Positions 40,611-52,978 of a DNA stretch of 64,000 nt are shown here, one piece after another. The stretch covers positions 65,534,001-65,598,000 of the forward strand of contig OX597818.1 in the NCBI GenBank assembly GCA_951406725.2. Direction: 5' to 3'. The notes beneath the pieces are model-generated. The model worked only from the letters and a program-made list of their open reading frames with translations, was not told the DNA's origin and ran no database searches. Position numbers and translations under genes: made by a program. Numbering within the stretch: the first letter of the stretch is position 1; each line of letters opens with the position of its first letter. The stretch is from Octopus vulgaris. Taxonomy: Eukaryota.

Positions 40611-42281
40611 ATCGTCTACGCCATCTCGCGGGATTTTTTATTAAAACATGATATTCCAGAAGTTTTCACAATAAATATTAAACAAAATCCCAACAGCAAC
40701 GCTACTATTGGTGACCATACTAAAGGCCAGTGACATCGCTGCATGGCGAGTGTGTCTTAAATTCAAAGAGAATCTTCTTGTCTATACTCCTCTGTCCATC
40801 ACCGGCTCCTTTGAAGAAATGAACCCACGAACTTCAAATGAATATAAAGTACATCAAAAGTATAGAATTTTCATTTATTTTATATATTCATTTATTTAGT
40901 TATACAATGAAGACCCTTGTTTGCTTGGACGCACTCTGGACAGTCTAATGGTGTAGATTGTGTGGCTTTCATTCGATTAACCAACAGAATTGTTTCTCGG
41001 AAAAGTCAAGTATATGTAACTGAGGATGCCAGAGACACTGTAGCCATAACGTAAGACTCAAGCCGGATACGATAGACAATAAGACAAAGAGATTATAAGT
41101 AGAAGTTAAATAGAAAAAGGAGGAGAGAAAGTGAGAGAGAGGAAAAGAGAAAGGAAGAATGGCGATGTTAGCCATCGTAGTTCACAGGAAGTAAATTAAT
41201 TGGACCTAAATTAATAAAAGCCATATTTACTATCGGTGGGATTTGAACTCAGAGTTTATCTAGCAGAAACCTATCCTACCTCAGTACGACGCAGTATGTT
41301 AGGTGTCGCTTTAGATGTTACTAATTCGCCGACTTCGATATTTTACGTCGCACAAACAGACTATATAACAGAAACTACAAACAAAAGAAAACTTCGTCCC
41401 TACACAAGGCGTGCGGTGCTGCGCTCGGTTACGCAGTAAAATAACGTAATAAAACTATGTCTACTGCAAAAAAATATTCATGATAATAATAAATATTAGT
41501 GTATTTATTGCTTTGGGAATATCTATATAAAATCTATCGTCTGAGAAGAATGAATATATTTCAGGTAGACGTTCTTCCCGAAAATACACACAAACATACC
41601 ACAGAGTACTACTTTACATGTCTAATATAATTTTTTTTTTTTATTGGACAGCATTATACATTGTATGACGTGACACTCATATAAATGACAGTTATATCAT
41701 AGCTAAACACAAAGGTTCCTCCGACAAGTATTATTTTTGTGTTTTTTATTATTTTTGTATATTTTCTTTATAATTTAACATTTTATATCTTGACATAGAG
41801 GCATGTAAAATTCTCTCTGTCCTGGATATGCGTACATATTTGCTCCGAGAAACGGAGCGCTTGCAACTAAATAACCATAAATCGAGAAATATTTTCAGAT
41901 CAGAAATATATAAAATTGTGAAAAAATATTATTCGAATACATTTACATATGAAGTAGCAGCTGTGAAAAAGACATAAATTATGTAGGTTTGTGTGAATGT
42001 ATGTTGGTCTATTTCCTATATTCTGCACACATACACAGACACACACATACACGCACACATAAAACACACACACACGCACGAACAATCTCACTCACACACC
42101 CATACAAAATATATATATATATACATATACATATATATATATAGAGAGAGAGAAAGAGACTCATATATGTACATAACATTTATACATGCATGTATGTGTA
42201 CACACACACGCACCCAAACACACACACACACACACAAACAATCCCTCATCCACACCCAAACATAATGCACACACACACACA

Positions 42282-42324
<43 letters not shown>

Positions 42325-44071
42325 TGAGAGAGACACATATATGTACAAATATACCATATATATGTACATATATACACATATATATACATATATACCTGCA
42401 TGTATGTGTACATACACACACATATACATACATATATATATATATACTATTTATATATACACACATAAGTACATGTATATGGTTAATGTTTTGCGATAGC
42501 GTATGTGGTGTGTGTATATTTACATTTACCTGCTCTATTGTGATACTGGTAAGCTGTTCTACGAACGTTTATTGGCTGCGAAGTAGCCATAAAAAACTGA
42601 ATATGGAGGACATATTTGCTTTTTTATGGGCAAAGTGAAATGTTTCATGTCGTTGATACTAGTTGTATATATATAAATGTGGTCTATACGATTATAATGC
42701 TGTTGTTTTTATTGTTACTAACTCCTAGTTTTCATGATGTTACAGAATATGTTTTGATTTTTACTCTGCAGCTTCTAAGATGGTTGATTATTGAGGTCAT
42801 CGTAGCTTTTGTAGTATTAAAGCGCGTAGACTAGTAATGAAAACAGTAACTTTAATCAATTTTTGAGGTAGATTTATACTATTTTAAATGTATTTCAGAT
42901 TGTTATACGTTAAGGAATAACCTATTGCTTTGTAAACAACGATAGGTGTTGTCGTGATAACCGATTGCTAAGTCTAAAATAGAATAATGAAAACCTAGAA
43001 AAACAGAGGAAGAAATACTCCTTAACCTCATTTGCAAACGGCATGTGGTCCATGTTTAAGATGTTGTCAATAACACGAACCAGAAAAGTAAATATGCTGT
43101 GGAATATGTAACCAAAAGAAAAAAGATGGAATCACCAGAGTGATACAATCATGCAAGACGTTTCGATTAAGCAAGAAGTGGGGTATTCTCTATAATTTAA
43201 AACTAACAGTAAACATAAAATGTTGGAAAATATTTGTTCTGGGTATTGATTGAACTGTGAACAATATCGGTGACTATGTTGTAAATGTCTGCTTTGACAC
43301 ATTTGTCGATATTTTTATAGACCGTGTTTATTGAATTGATGGCTTCGTCTTTTCCCATCTCTACACATACAATTTACATGTATATTTATTCTTTTCATTT
43401 TATACCGTCTGAGGGGTCCGTATTGATTTTATAACAAATGTATTCCATGTATGATGACGGCTTTTTTGCGGGGAGTCGAACAATTATTGGTCTGCTCACA
43501 TAGAATCGCAAAAAGGGCTGTTGAAGGAAACTAATCTCATTGAGGTCCTCAAACTTTAAAAAAATATATAAAGAGTAAAGATTCTTAAAGGAAAACACTA
43601 AACATTGTTCTATCATTCACTGTAATGACTCTTGACTGTATTGTGTCGTATTCTTTATATTAAATTATTGTTAGCGATTCCAGACTAAATGCCGTATCTA
43701 CTTTGGGGCACTGGACGTTACGTTTCAACGACAAAGAAACCTTCATTTCGAAGTAGGTGTTAATTGTACGTTTTCCAAGCATAATTAACTATTTATTGCA
43801 GCAATTATCATGCTGCACACATCTTTCTGTGTTTAGTTGCAAAATTATATTATTTTTCAATAATGTCCTTTTTTATTAAGTTTTCTCTATAGAAATAAAA
43901 TACGGAAGTGTATAGAGTAAAACTACATCGAACCAAACCACTTACTATGATTAGAGATGTTTTTGATATTTCTGTATTTTCACATTAAGTAGTGCAGCGC
44001 TGCAGCACGCTTTTAATGTTCCATACAGTATATGCCTGTATAGAACTCTTATTAAATTATGTATTGGGGTT

Positions 44072-44462
44072 TAAGGCGGCGAACTGCGGAATCGTTTTCG
44101 CCGTGCGAAATGCCGTTCGGTATTTCGTTTGCCGTTACGTTCTGAGATGAAATTCCGCCGAGGTCGACTTTGCCTTTTATCCTTTCAGGGTCGACTAAAT
44201 AAGTACCAGTTACGCACTGGGATCAATATAATCATCTTTTTCCGTTTGTCTGTCCTTGTTTGTCCCCTCTGTGTTAAACCCCTACTGGGTAGTAAAGAAA
44301 TAGGTATTTCGCCTGTCGCTACGTTCTGAGTTCAAATTCCCTCGCGTCCGAATTACGTTTCATACATTTGGGGTCGATACATTAAGTACCAGTGAAACAC
44401 TGGAGTCAATGTAATCGACTCATTTCCTCTCCCAAAATGGTTGCCTTACCGGCAAATTTTCG
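44072..44462 (+). mobile_element. SINE family B dimer
   Basis: First unit ends GGGTAGTAAAGAAATA and joins GGTATTTCG of a second, headless unit. Confidence 0.85.
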
Positions 44463-44840
44463 AAACATATATTTCTGCGAAATTCCGTAAATAATTCGAA
44501 ATACAAATAATTTCGAAGTGAAATTTCTTATTCGATTCACTACATTCTAACCGTTGTTTTCTCTGAATGAATGTGTTGAATTAATTTTTGCAGTTCCTCT
44601 GTAGTTATATTTATACAAAATTCAGCCACAGTTATGATTCATCTTATTTATTTTTCGTACTTTGCCTATGCAGTCTTATCGGTTACTTTACATCACTCTG
44701 TGTCGTGTAGTTGCATATTCCAAATGTTGACTATATTCCTATTGTTCGAGATCCTTGTCGCGTATGATTTACCCCAACAATATTAGCATTTCTTGCCTTG
44801 TTGTAGCTAGAGAGGCAAGAGATAAAATTTCTGGCGGAAA

Positions 44841-45676
44841 TGAGAGAATCCACTATGTGGACGCTCTAACGTTGAAGATAGATCCGCAAGAGTCTCAACC
44901 ACTAAGAATTGTTCTCAAGAAAAATTTAGCACACTATGAACGTAAGCGAGCAGGACAAATGAAAAATAACAAAAAATATAGATTAACCCCATACAATTGT
45001 TTCATTGTTAATAAATTATGCAATTTTACTTACATAATTAATCCTCAGATCATCAGTGAGGTACGTCAAAAAATATAATTTGTCGAACTGCCCGCTAGAT
45101 ATTAACACGAGGTCAGAAATACGAGCAGTTAGGCCTATTATATTCACAGTTATATTCAAATGCCCTCGTTCTAGCGCGCCAAATTACCGGAAATAAATAC
45201 TGCATAAGTAATTCACTGCAGTAGTTTACGCCGGTTTGAGAACATATTAATTTATAATTAAAATCAAAATGAGGGTGAAAAAATTGGATATTAATTTAAT
45301 AACACCAATTTAACACCGGTGGTCTAGCGCATAAAAGTCTGAGATTCAGTAAATATTATTGATACACAAATATGAGAGATAATCCACTATGTGGACGCTC
45401 TAACGCTAAAGATAGATTCGCAAGGGTCTCAACCACTAAGAATTGTTCTCAAGAAAAATTTAGCACACTATGAACGTAAGCGAGCAGGACAAATGAAAAA
45501 TAACAAAAATATAGATTAACCCCATACAATTAGCGTTCGAACGTCCACATAGTGGATTGTCTCTCATATTTGTGTATTAATATTTACTGAATCTCAGTCT
45601 TTTATGCGCTAGACCACTGGTGTTAAATTGGTGTTATTAAATTAATATCCAATTTCATCATCCTCATTTTGATTTA
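44841..45676 (-). mobile_element. PLE-like pseudo-LTR element: partial tandem (period 533 bp) plus inverted arm, with hammerhead
   Basis: 44841-44998 repeated at 45373-45531; 45261-45409 inverted at 45530-45676. Confidence 0.85.
44987..45061 (-). ncRNA. Type I hammerhead ribozyme
   Basis: CCTCA-CTGATGA-[stem II containing AATTATGTAA/TTGCATAATT; base imperfect]-GAAAC-AATT-GTA-TGGGG; palindromic stem III ACAATTGT. Confidence 0.8.
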
Positions 45677-45946
45677 TATAGCTCTGAATGAATATAGTCA
45701 ATGATCAGTGTTATAGTTATGGGACAACGAGACAACACGATGAATATCAAATCAAAATATTTCTTATGTGAAACAGACACAACAGCCACAATATAATATA
45801 AGTAAGCCAAAATATAATTGCTAAATAATGGTCTGTAACGGAGTATATATGAACTAAAAATTAGATATATACTGTAGATTAGAGCGTGTGTAGCAACCGG
45901 CAATGCAAGATGATATCTTAAAAGATGAAGCGTTGTGATTTGAGAG

Positions 45947-46323
45947 CAGCTTTACAAAATGTATAACTGTTGTGTATGCAAAATAAATAGATTATTGAAA
46001 TACGGTCGAAATACCGCTAAGCATTTCGTTCAGCGATAACGATTCCACAATTCGCCGTCTTAAACAAAAATACATAATATCATCATAGTTCTACTCAGGC
46101 TTATGCTATATGGAGCATTAAACAACCTGCTGCAGCGCAATTTTACTTAATGTATTTCTAAAACTCGTGAAAATCTTCCCAAAAAAGATCTCAACTTCCT
46201 TGGGTCTATGTAGTTTTTCTTGTTACACTTCCGTATTTTACTCCGGTGTTCTACTGACTTGAGTTCAGCTTTACCAAATGTATAACTGTTGTGTATACAA
46301 AATAAATAAATTATTGAAATACG
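45947..46323 (+). repeat. 58-bp direct repeat, 319 bp apart
   Basis: 45947-46004 vs 46266-46323, three mismatches by eye. Confidence 0.9.
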
Positions 46324-47044
46324 CTGAACTTAAAAGCACTTGGAATATTTTCTTTGTTTGCATCTCAGGAGAATATAAAAACAGCATTTCGTGCTTGAAT
46401 ATGTTGAATTCAGAGAAATGGTCCTCTCTTGTAATCCAGATGTCTTAGTTTTTCAATCGGCCATATGTAGATGGCTGATAAATAGGTTTTGTCTCCAGAC
46501 ATTAAATTTCAACATTAATAGAAACGGAAGCGTGTGTCAGTGCGGAATAGGCAGCGACGTGGACACATTTTAATATAGATATTACTGTTGAGAATGTAAG
46601 AAATATAATAGAATGGAAATGGCGTATAATAATGGGACTAAAATGAGTGTTTTGTGTAAATTTGAAATGAAGCTGGAACGTAATAATAGTTCCAAATTGC
46701 TAAACGCTACTGGATCTGTAATACAGAACTGGATGACACCCAGCTTTTAATATATCGACTGGTCTTCCCAGACAACATCGTTCGATCACGTACAATATGA
46801 CAGAAGCTCGCACCACGTGGAGAGGAAATATCGCATAACCTAAATGTTGGATTGTTCGAAAAAGAAAAGAAATACATTTTCGAGCGTTTTCTCTACAATA
46901 GTGAGGAAAAGAAATTACTGTAACCAAATAAAACATTTGAAAATAATATTTCCTTGATGAATGCTCTTAACCGGAGGGAAAGTGAGGTAATTATCGTAAG
47001 CTCACAACATCTATATAAGCACACGGCGAAATTGGTGAGCACTG

Positions 47045-47452
47045 AAAGCGGCGAACTAGCAGGAGCGTTAGCGTGCTGGGCGAAATGCTTAGCCGTATTT
47101 CGTCTGCCTTTATGGTGAGTTCAAATTCCACCGAGGTCGAATTTGCATTTAATCCTTTCAGGTTCGATAATTTAAGTACCAGTTGCGTACAGTAGTAGAT
47201 CTTATTGACTGGCCCATTCTCCACAAATTTCGGGCCATTTGCCTAGAGTAGAAATAAAGAAACGTTAGCATGACGAGCGAAGTGCTTAGCGGTATTTCGC
47301 CTGTCTTTATTTTCTGTTTTGAAAATCCGCCGAAGTCGAATTTGCTTTTCATTCTTTCGGGATCGATAATTTAAATACCAGTGACACACTGGCGTGGATT
47401 TAATCAACTGGGCCCTACCCCCCAAAACATTTGGAGGCTTGTGTTTACAGTA
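47045..47452 (+). mobile_element. Two tandem SINE family B copies
   Basis: Heads at 47045 and about 47257, each with core and TTTAA(G/A)TACCAG. Confidence 0.8.
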
Positions 47453-47964
47453 GAACAGGATATTGGTGATCGCTAGCTTAGTGTCATTGGACAAAGAAAT
47501 ATTGGGGTTTTATCTATGACGCAAGTGTGAAATTTATGACATGCATCGTCTTTAAATAATTCTGTCCAAAACTAACCAGAAAATTCTACATTCTCATGAG
47601 TCCCGGTCATATTATTTAAAGAAGACACTCTACTTGCCGCGGAATGCAATGCACTGATAGCCACTCAAAAATAAGTACAATAGACCTTCACTTTTGAAAT
47701 AAAAATAACAAGGAATATTTATTATAAACATAGTAACCTGATATACACATGATATGCCAGATAATGTGTTTTTCGGACAGGGAGCGAATGTTATGAACTT
47801 TTATACACAGTCGATAGATGTGAATTCTCCGAAAAAAATTTGAGAAACGGAGAAAATATAACAGGAAAATGAAGAGAAACAGGTTTCTCTTAAATCAATT
47901 CTACGTATTTTTATCTGTCCATATTATCATAGATGTATTGTGCAATGTAATAACAGATTTCCCT

Positions 47965-48070
47965 AAAATCCTTGGAATGTTGCAGTTCTGCAAGATTGAA
48001 CAAAGCAACATGATACGCGTTCTGCAAAGAGAATCGATTAGCGGTGCAGAAAAAAATCTAACAGATTTCC
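47965..48070 (+). pseudogene. Possible mariner transposase N-terminal remnant
   Basis: KIEQSNMIRVLQRESISGAE resembles the EQRxVIxFLxxEGxSxAEI start of mariner transposases. Confidence 0.3.
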
Positions 48071-48129
48071 AAGGCCTCTTCATTCGAGGTTCAGTGATTG
48101 AAAACCTGCCCACAACCACGTGTATATGA

Positions 48130-48166
<37 letters not shown>

Positions 48167-48189
48167 GCACACACACACACACACACACA

Positions 48190-48251
<62 letters not shown>

Positions 48252-50097
48252 AGTGGGAGGGGCTGTGAACATATATAGGAATTGAGATGAATTTGTGTCG
48301 ATAACCGAAAGGTTGCGAATTTATCGACGTCCATGTGTGTCCTTTCTTGTCTTCCCTGTGTTCCTATGATCCGTATCTTCCTCCCATGAATACATTTATA
48401 CATGCATTTATACATACATACTAAACCTTTACAAAGACAACGTTGCTTTGAATGTCATAGAAATATCTGCTTGTTACTCTTTCTCAGATTCTGATTTATC
48501 TGTGTTCCGTTTGCATTTGTACACTCTTTGGCAAGATTTCTTCTTTCGAGTGCTAGGTGAAGATATTTAGAACGATAATTATTTGTGTACCAGTTTGTTT
48601 CAGAACGTGCTCAAGAATATCATACTAGAAATTATTGAGGATTTCTGTGGTTGTAGATTGTGGTTTGATAAAACGTTATTTTAGGGCATTTTACTTGGTT
48701 TCTTGGAATTTTGCTTTTTCTTTAGAATTCAGTCAGGCGTTGAGGTAATTGTGTAAAAAGATAAAGTTGAATTCGGGTGTGTCAAATTTTGATTATGCAA
48801 GATTTTGTGCAACGGTTTGCCGTTCGTTGCATTAGTATTAAAATGTTTCTAAATACATATGATTTTGCCACAGATAAAATATTGGACAAATATACAGTTC
48901 ATGTTGCTTTCAATCTCTTTTCACCAATATGAAAACAATTCCCACTACAATTTGTAAATGTCAAGACCTAAAATATTGTCCTCACGAGCAGGCATGTATG
49001 AGAAGATCATTGATTTATGAAACTCAATTTACCACACTGCTCTAGAGTAAAGAGATTAAAGAAAAACTACCTTGATATATATGTGAAAGTGAATGTTTAA
49101 AGATACACTAAATACCAGTTTAGTTTGCAACTCGTGGATAAGAAGTAAGCCATGACGTTAGTGATTTGTTGGACATGAAACCTAAATACACCCAGCACAC
49201 ACTCAAAGCATCGTTAAACGATTCATTTAGTGGATGAAAGAGATGCAGACTTTGTTTAGCCGAAATGTCTCATAATACTCTTATTGTATCTAAGATCCCT
49301 AATGACTAACCAAATTATTTATTTTGTTTATTGTTATTAAATGTAAAGATCAGTGATAATTTGTCTTTTTGAACCAGAAAACACAACCTGAGGATAAACG
49401 TGTAGATTCACAACCTTCTCCTTGCAGACTTAACTTGCACAAACGACATTGTTTCTTATTCTAACGAGCCAAAGAGACGTAAAATAAATTTATTTAATCA
49501 TTACGAGAAAAAAATTCTGACCAAGTAACAACTATTTATCCAAATATATCCCATCATATTCCACCGTTCGTTGCCATCTTCGTGCTAGAAAATCACTTCT
49601 ACACTTATGCCCGTTGGCTGGTTAACGGGCAAGACCATACTAGGATGGATCTGTTTTCAAATACATCCACCTTGTCGAACCTCTGTCCATTCGGGAAATG
49701 GACCATTGGCAGGAGGATGTTGCAGAGTCGCTTTACAAGGCCGAGATGACAGAGGCTTTGAATGGTGTAACTTTGATAAAGATCAAGCTCTGGCCGCCCC
49801 ATTTTCAATTACAAATGCCACTAAACATGATTTAACACGGAAGCTAACGACAACTTCAATGAAACACCTGAATAAGTTCTGTGGCACATCTTCGTTCACA
49901 GTACCTGCACCTCTCATCCATATTTTCGTCTGATTCTACACTTATAATCAGACATTTTATCTCTCTCCAAAGGTTCGAAAAAATGGTTCTGTTTGCAATG
50001 ATTTCACTACATATTAGCAAAAATATAAAATAGACAAGAAACAATTCTGCATGACTGGCAACCCTTTGTGAAGATATGGAAAATGAATTCAATCTGG

Positions 50098-50201
<104 letters not shown>

Positions 50202-50243
50202 CATATATACATATATATGTATATATACATACATATATATATA

Positions 50244-50325
<82 letters not shown>

Positions 50326-50360
50326 CATATATACATACATGTATTTATATATATATATAT

Positions 50361-50395
<35 letters not shown>

Positions 50396-50397
50396 TA

Positions 50398-50722
50398 CTA
50401 GCAGCTACGACCGGTTTAAAACCGGTCGGCGGTCGGTTTGGATGATGGGGCTATAAAACCCGTTCTGTGTAAGCATTCGACTTGTTTGGGCACGCTTACG
50501 TGAAAAGCGAATTTGGAATCCCTTCTTTTCTGTCAAAACTCAAAAAAGAACTGACAAACACAAAAAGACCAGGATTCAACCAAATCAAAAACTAAACCCA
50601 AATACTAAGCGAACAATGATGAACTATCCCACTTCCATCGCGCGCGTACACGCACACATATAAACACACACGCACGCACACATACATCATCCTTTTGCAT
50701 ACACACACATATATATTCATAG
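50398..50722 (-). mobile_element. Non-autonomous Helitron (3' end clear, 5' end uncertain)
   Basis: Minus strand ends with hairpin CGACCGGTTTTAAACCGGTCG, 6 nt, then CTAG|T, abutting (GATA)n/(TA)n. Confidence 0.7.
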
Positions 50723-51150
50723 AGGGCAGAAACGCTTTTTGATTTATTTTTTTCAGCGTATAATTTTCATCATCTCACTATTTCCTTCCTTATTCCTCTA
50801 TCATCCTACCTTTCTCATTCATAAACACAAGAGTATTATTATAGTAGATTATCTTGGTAACCATGGGCGCTATCAAAAAATACAAAGCGAAATTCCACCC
50901 ACCCGTTTGAGCGTGAATCACAAGACAAGGAAGAATCACCCATGTCAAATTTATATATGTATATACACACACACACACACATATACATATGTATATATAT
51001 ATATATAATCATGTGATTTGCAACTGAATTCTGTTTTAAGTGGCTAGCTTCGAGAGTTGCATGTATGCATATATATCTAATATAGGATAGATTTTTTTCG
51101 AAAAAAAATTTATCAATGGCAAGCATATTAAAAATACCTTTAAAGGTATG

Positions 51151-51302
<152 letters not shown>

Positions 51303-51383
51303 GTATATTTATGTATGTATATACATATATATACATATGTATATATATATACATATATATATACATATATATATACATATGTT

Positions 51384-51417
<34 letters not shown>

Positions 51418-51589
51418 CATATGTATATATATACATATTTATATATATCTATCTATATATATATATATATATATATATGCATGTATGTAGGTGAGTGAGT
51501 TAGAGTGTTTTGGTGTGTGTGTATGGATAGATAGATATATTAATACATACATTCATACTTAGCCAACCGCCCCACACAAATATATTATT

Positions 51590-52030
51590 CAATATCTTTT
51601 CTTCTTAGGGGCTACTTTTAGGAAGGCAGTGTTCTCCCATTTCCTTGTGAGTATGGTTTTCACTTCTTTTCAAGTGTCGTATAGCCAATCAACGGGTATT
51701 TCTACTCTTGTTGGTTCCGTTTCTATGACTCCTTCCTTAAGCTCATTTCTATGTCTCCTTTCCATTCCATTTCTGATTCTTACAACATACACCATTCTGC
51801 CTGTGTATTTCTCCTTCTGCCATATATTGCCTTCCATTTTTGTACGTTTTTGCATATGCCTAATCACGGATTCTAAAGAATGTCAGCATGCCGTTTACTA
51901 GCACGTATTTTTTCTTCATTGGTAACCGTTTATCGAATACTGTCTTCACCTTTCTAACAAACATTGATTCTGCTGGTGAACATCCTTGTGACTCAGTTAG
52001 GTTCGGGGATACCCTGTATACCTTTCCACC
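51590..52030 (-). pseudogene. Gypsy/Ty3 LTR retrotransposon integrase C-terminal remnant
   Basis: YRVSPN..GCSPAESMFVRKVKTVFDKRLP ... GRMVYVV..RRHRNEL..LYDT; purine run AAGAAGAAAAGA downstream is PPT-like. Confidence 0.7.
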
Positions 52031-52291
52031 CGCACGTATATATTGCCCTGCTCTGATTTTCGTTGTGAACACAAAATATAACTTTATCGCGCAACAGTTA
52101 TATATCGTCTCATTCATTATTAATATAAATGTGAGCTATTATAAAATTCATACTACGATATTACAGGAGATTGCACGGTACGATATCGTCCGTTTGACGA
52201 TCATACTAACATTGTATGTAGATTGTAGTGAGTCACATTTAAATCCGATATATATATTAGACACACGCAATTACACACATGTATATAGAAG

Positions 52292-52350
<59 letters not shown>

Positions 52351-52581
52351 TTATATTTATATTTACTTATATTTATATTCTCTTTTATATATATTCTACT
52401 TATTATACAACATTACTCTTTTATGTACACTTTTTATGTACATTCCTTTATGTACACTGATTTGTTCTGCTTTTTATATTTAACCCTACAGTCTCTTATG
52501 TGGTGGTTTAATAAAGTATGTAATTAAGTATTATCTGGTAATTGATATTTGATTTAGATATATTTCTCCATTTTCTTATCT

Positions 52582-52647
<66 letters not shown>

Positions 52648-52711
52648 TAGACTTGTAAATACACACGCACAAACACATATATGTATATGTGTGTGTGAGA
52701 GAGAGTGTGTT

Positions 52712-52978
52712 TTTAGGAGCAAGGTGGTTTACGAAAGACCAGCGGTCGCCCATGCATTCAAACGTTTCCTCATCAGGCCACCAATGTATTCTAAGGGAGA
52801 TGCCGATACAGCTTCGCATCAGTGACGTCGCTACTCAGTTCAACAAGTGAGTAAACTGCAGCAACGGGAAATAAAGTGCCTTGCTGAGGAACAAAACACA
52901 AAGCCCATTCCGGGAATCGAACTCACCACCACATTGTTGTGAGCACGATGCTCCCTCCAACGACCCATACGTCTTCGC
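52712..52978 (-). mobile_element. tRNA-derived CORE-type SINE, diverged, with a tail different from family C
   Basis: B-box GAGTTCGATTCCC; core homologous to 59880-59960. Confidence 0.75.

Noticed and set aside
48600-48960. Possible GIY-YIG remnant on the minus strand (CSGNCFHIGE)
   Set aside because: Too degenerate to support.
49607-49933. 108-aa ORF, faintly like an L1/Tx1 RT linker
   Set aside because: No firm motif and no evidence for a host exon.
52760-52780. CTGATGAGGAAAC on the minus strand (and CTGATGAAGAAAC at about 57604-57616)
   Set aside because: Core halves are adjacent with no stem II; treated as chance matches.
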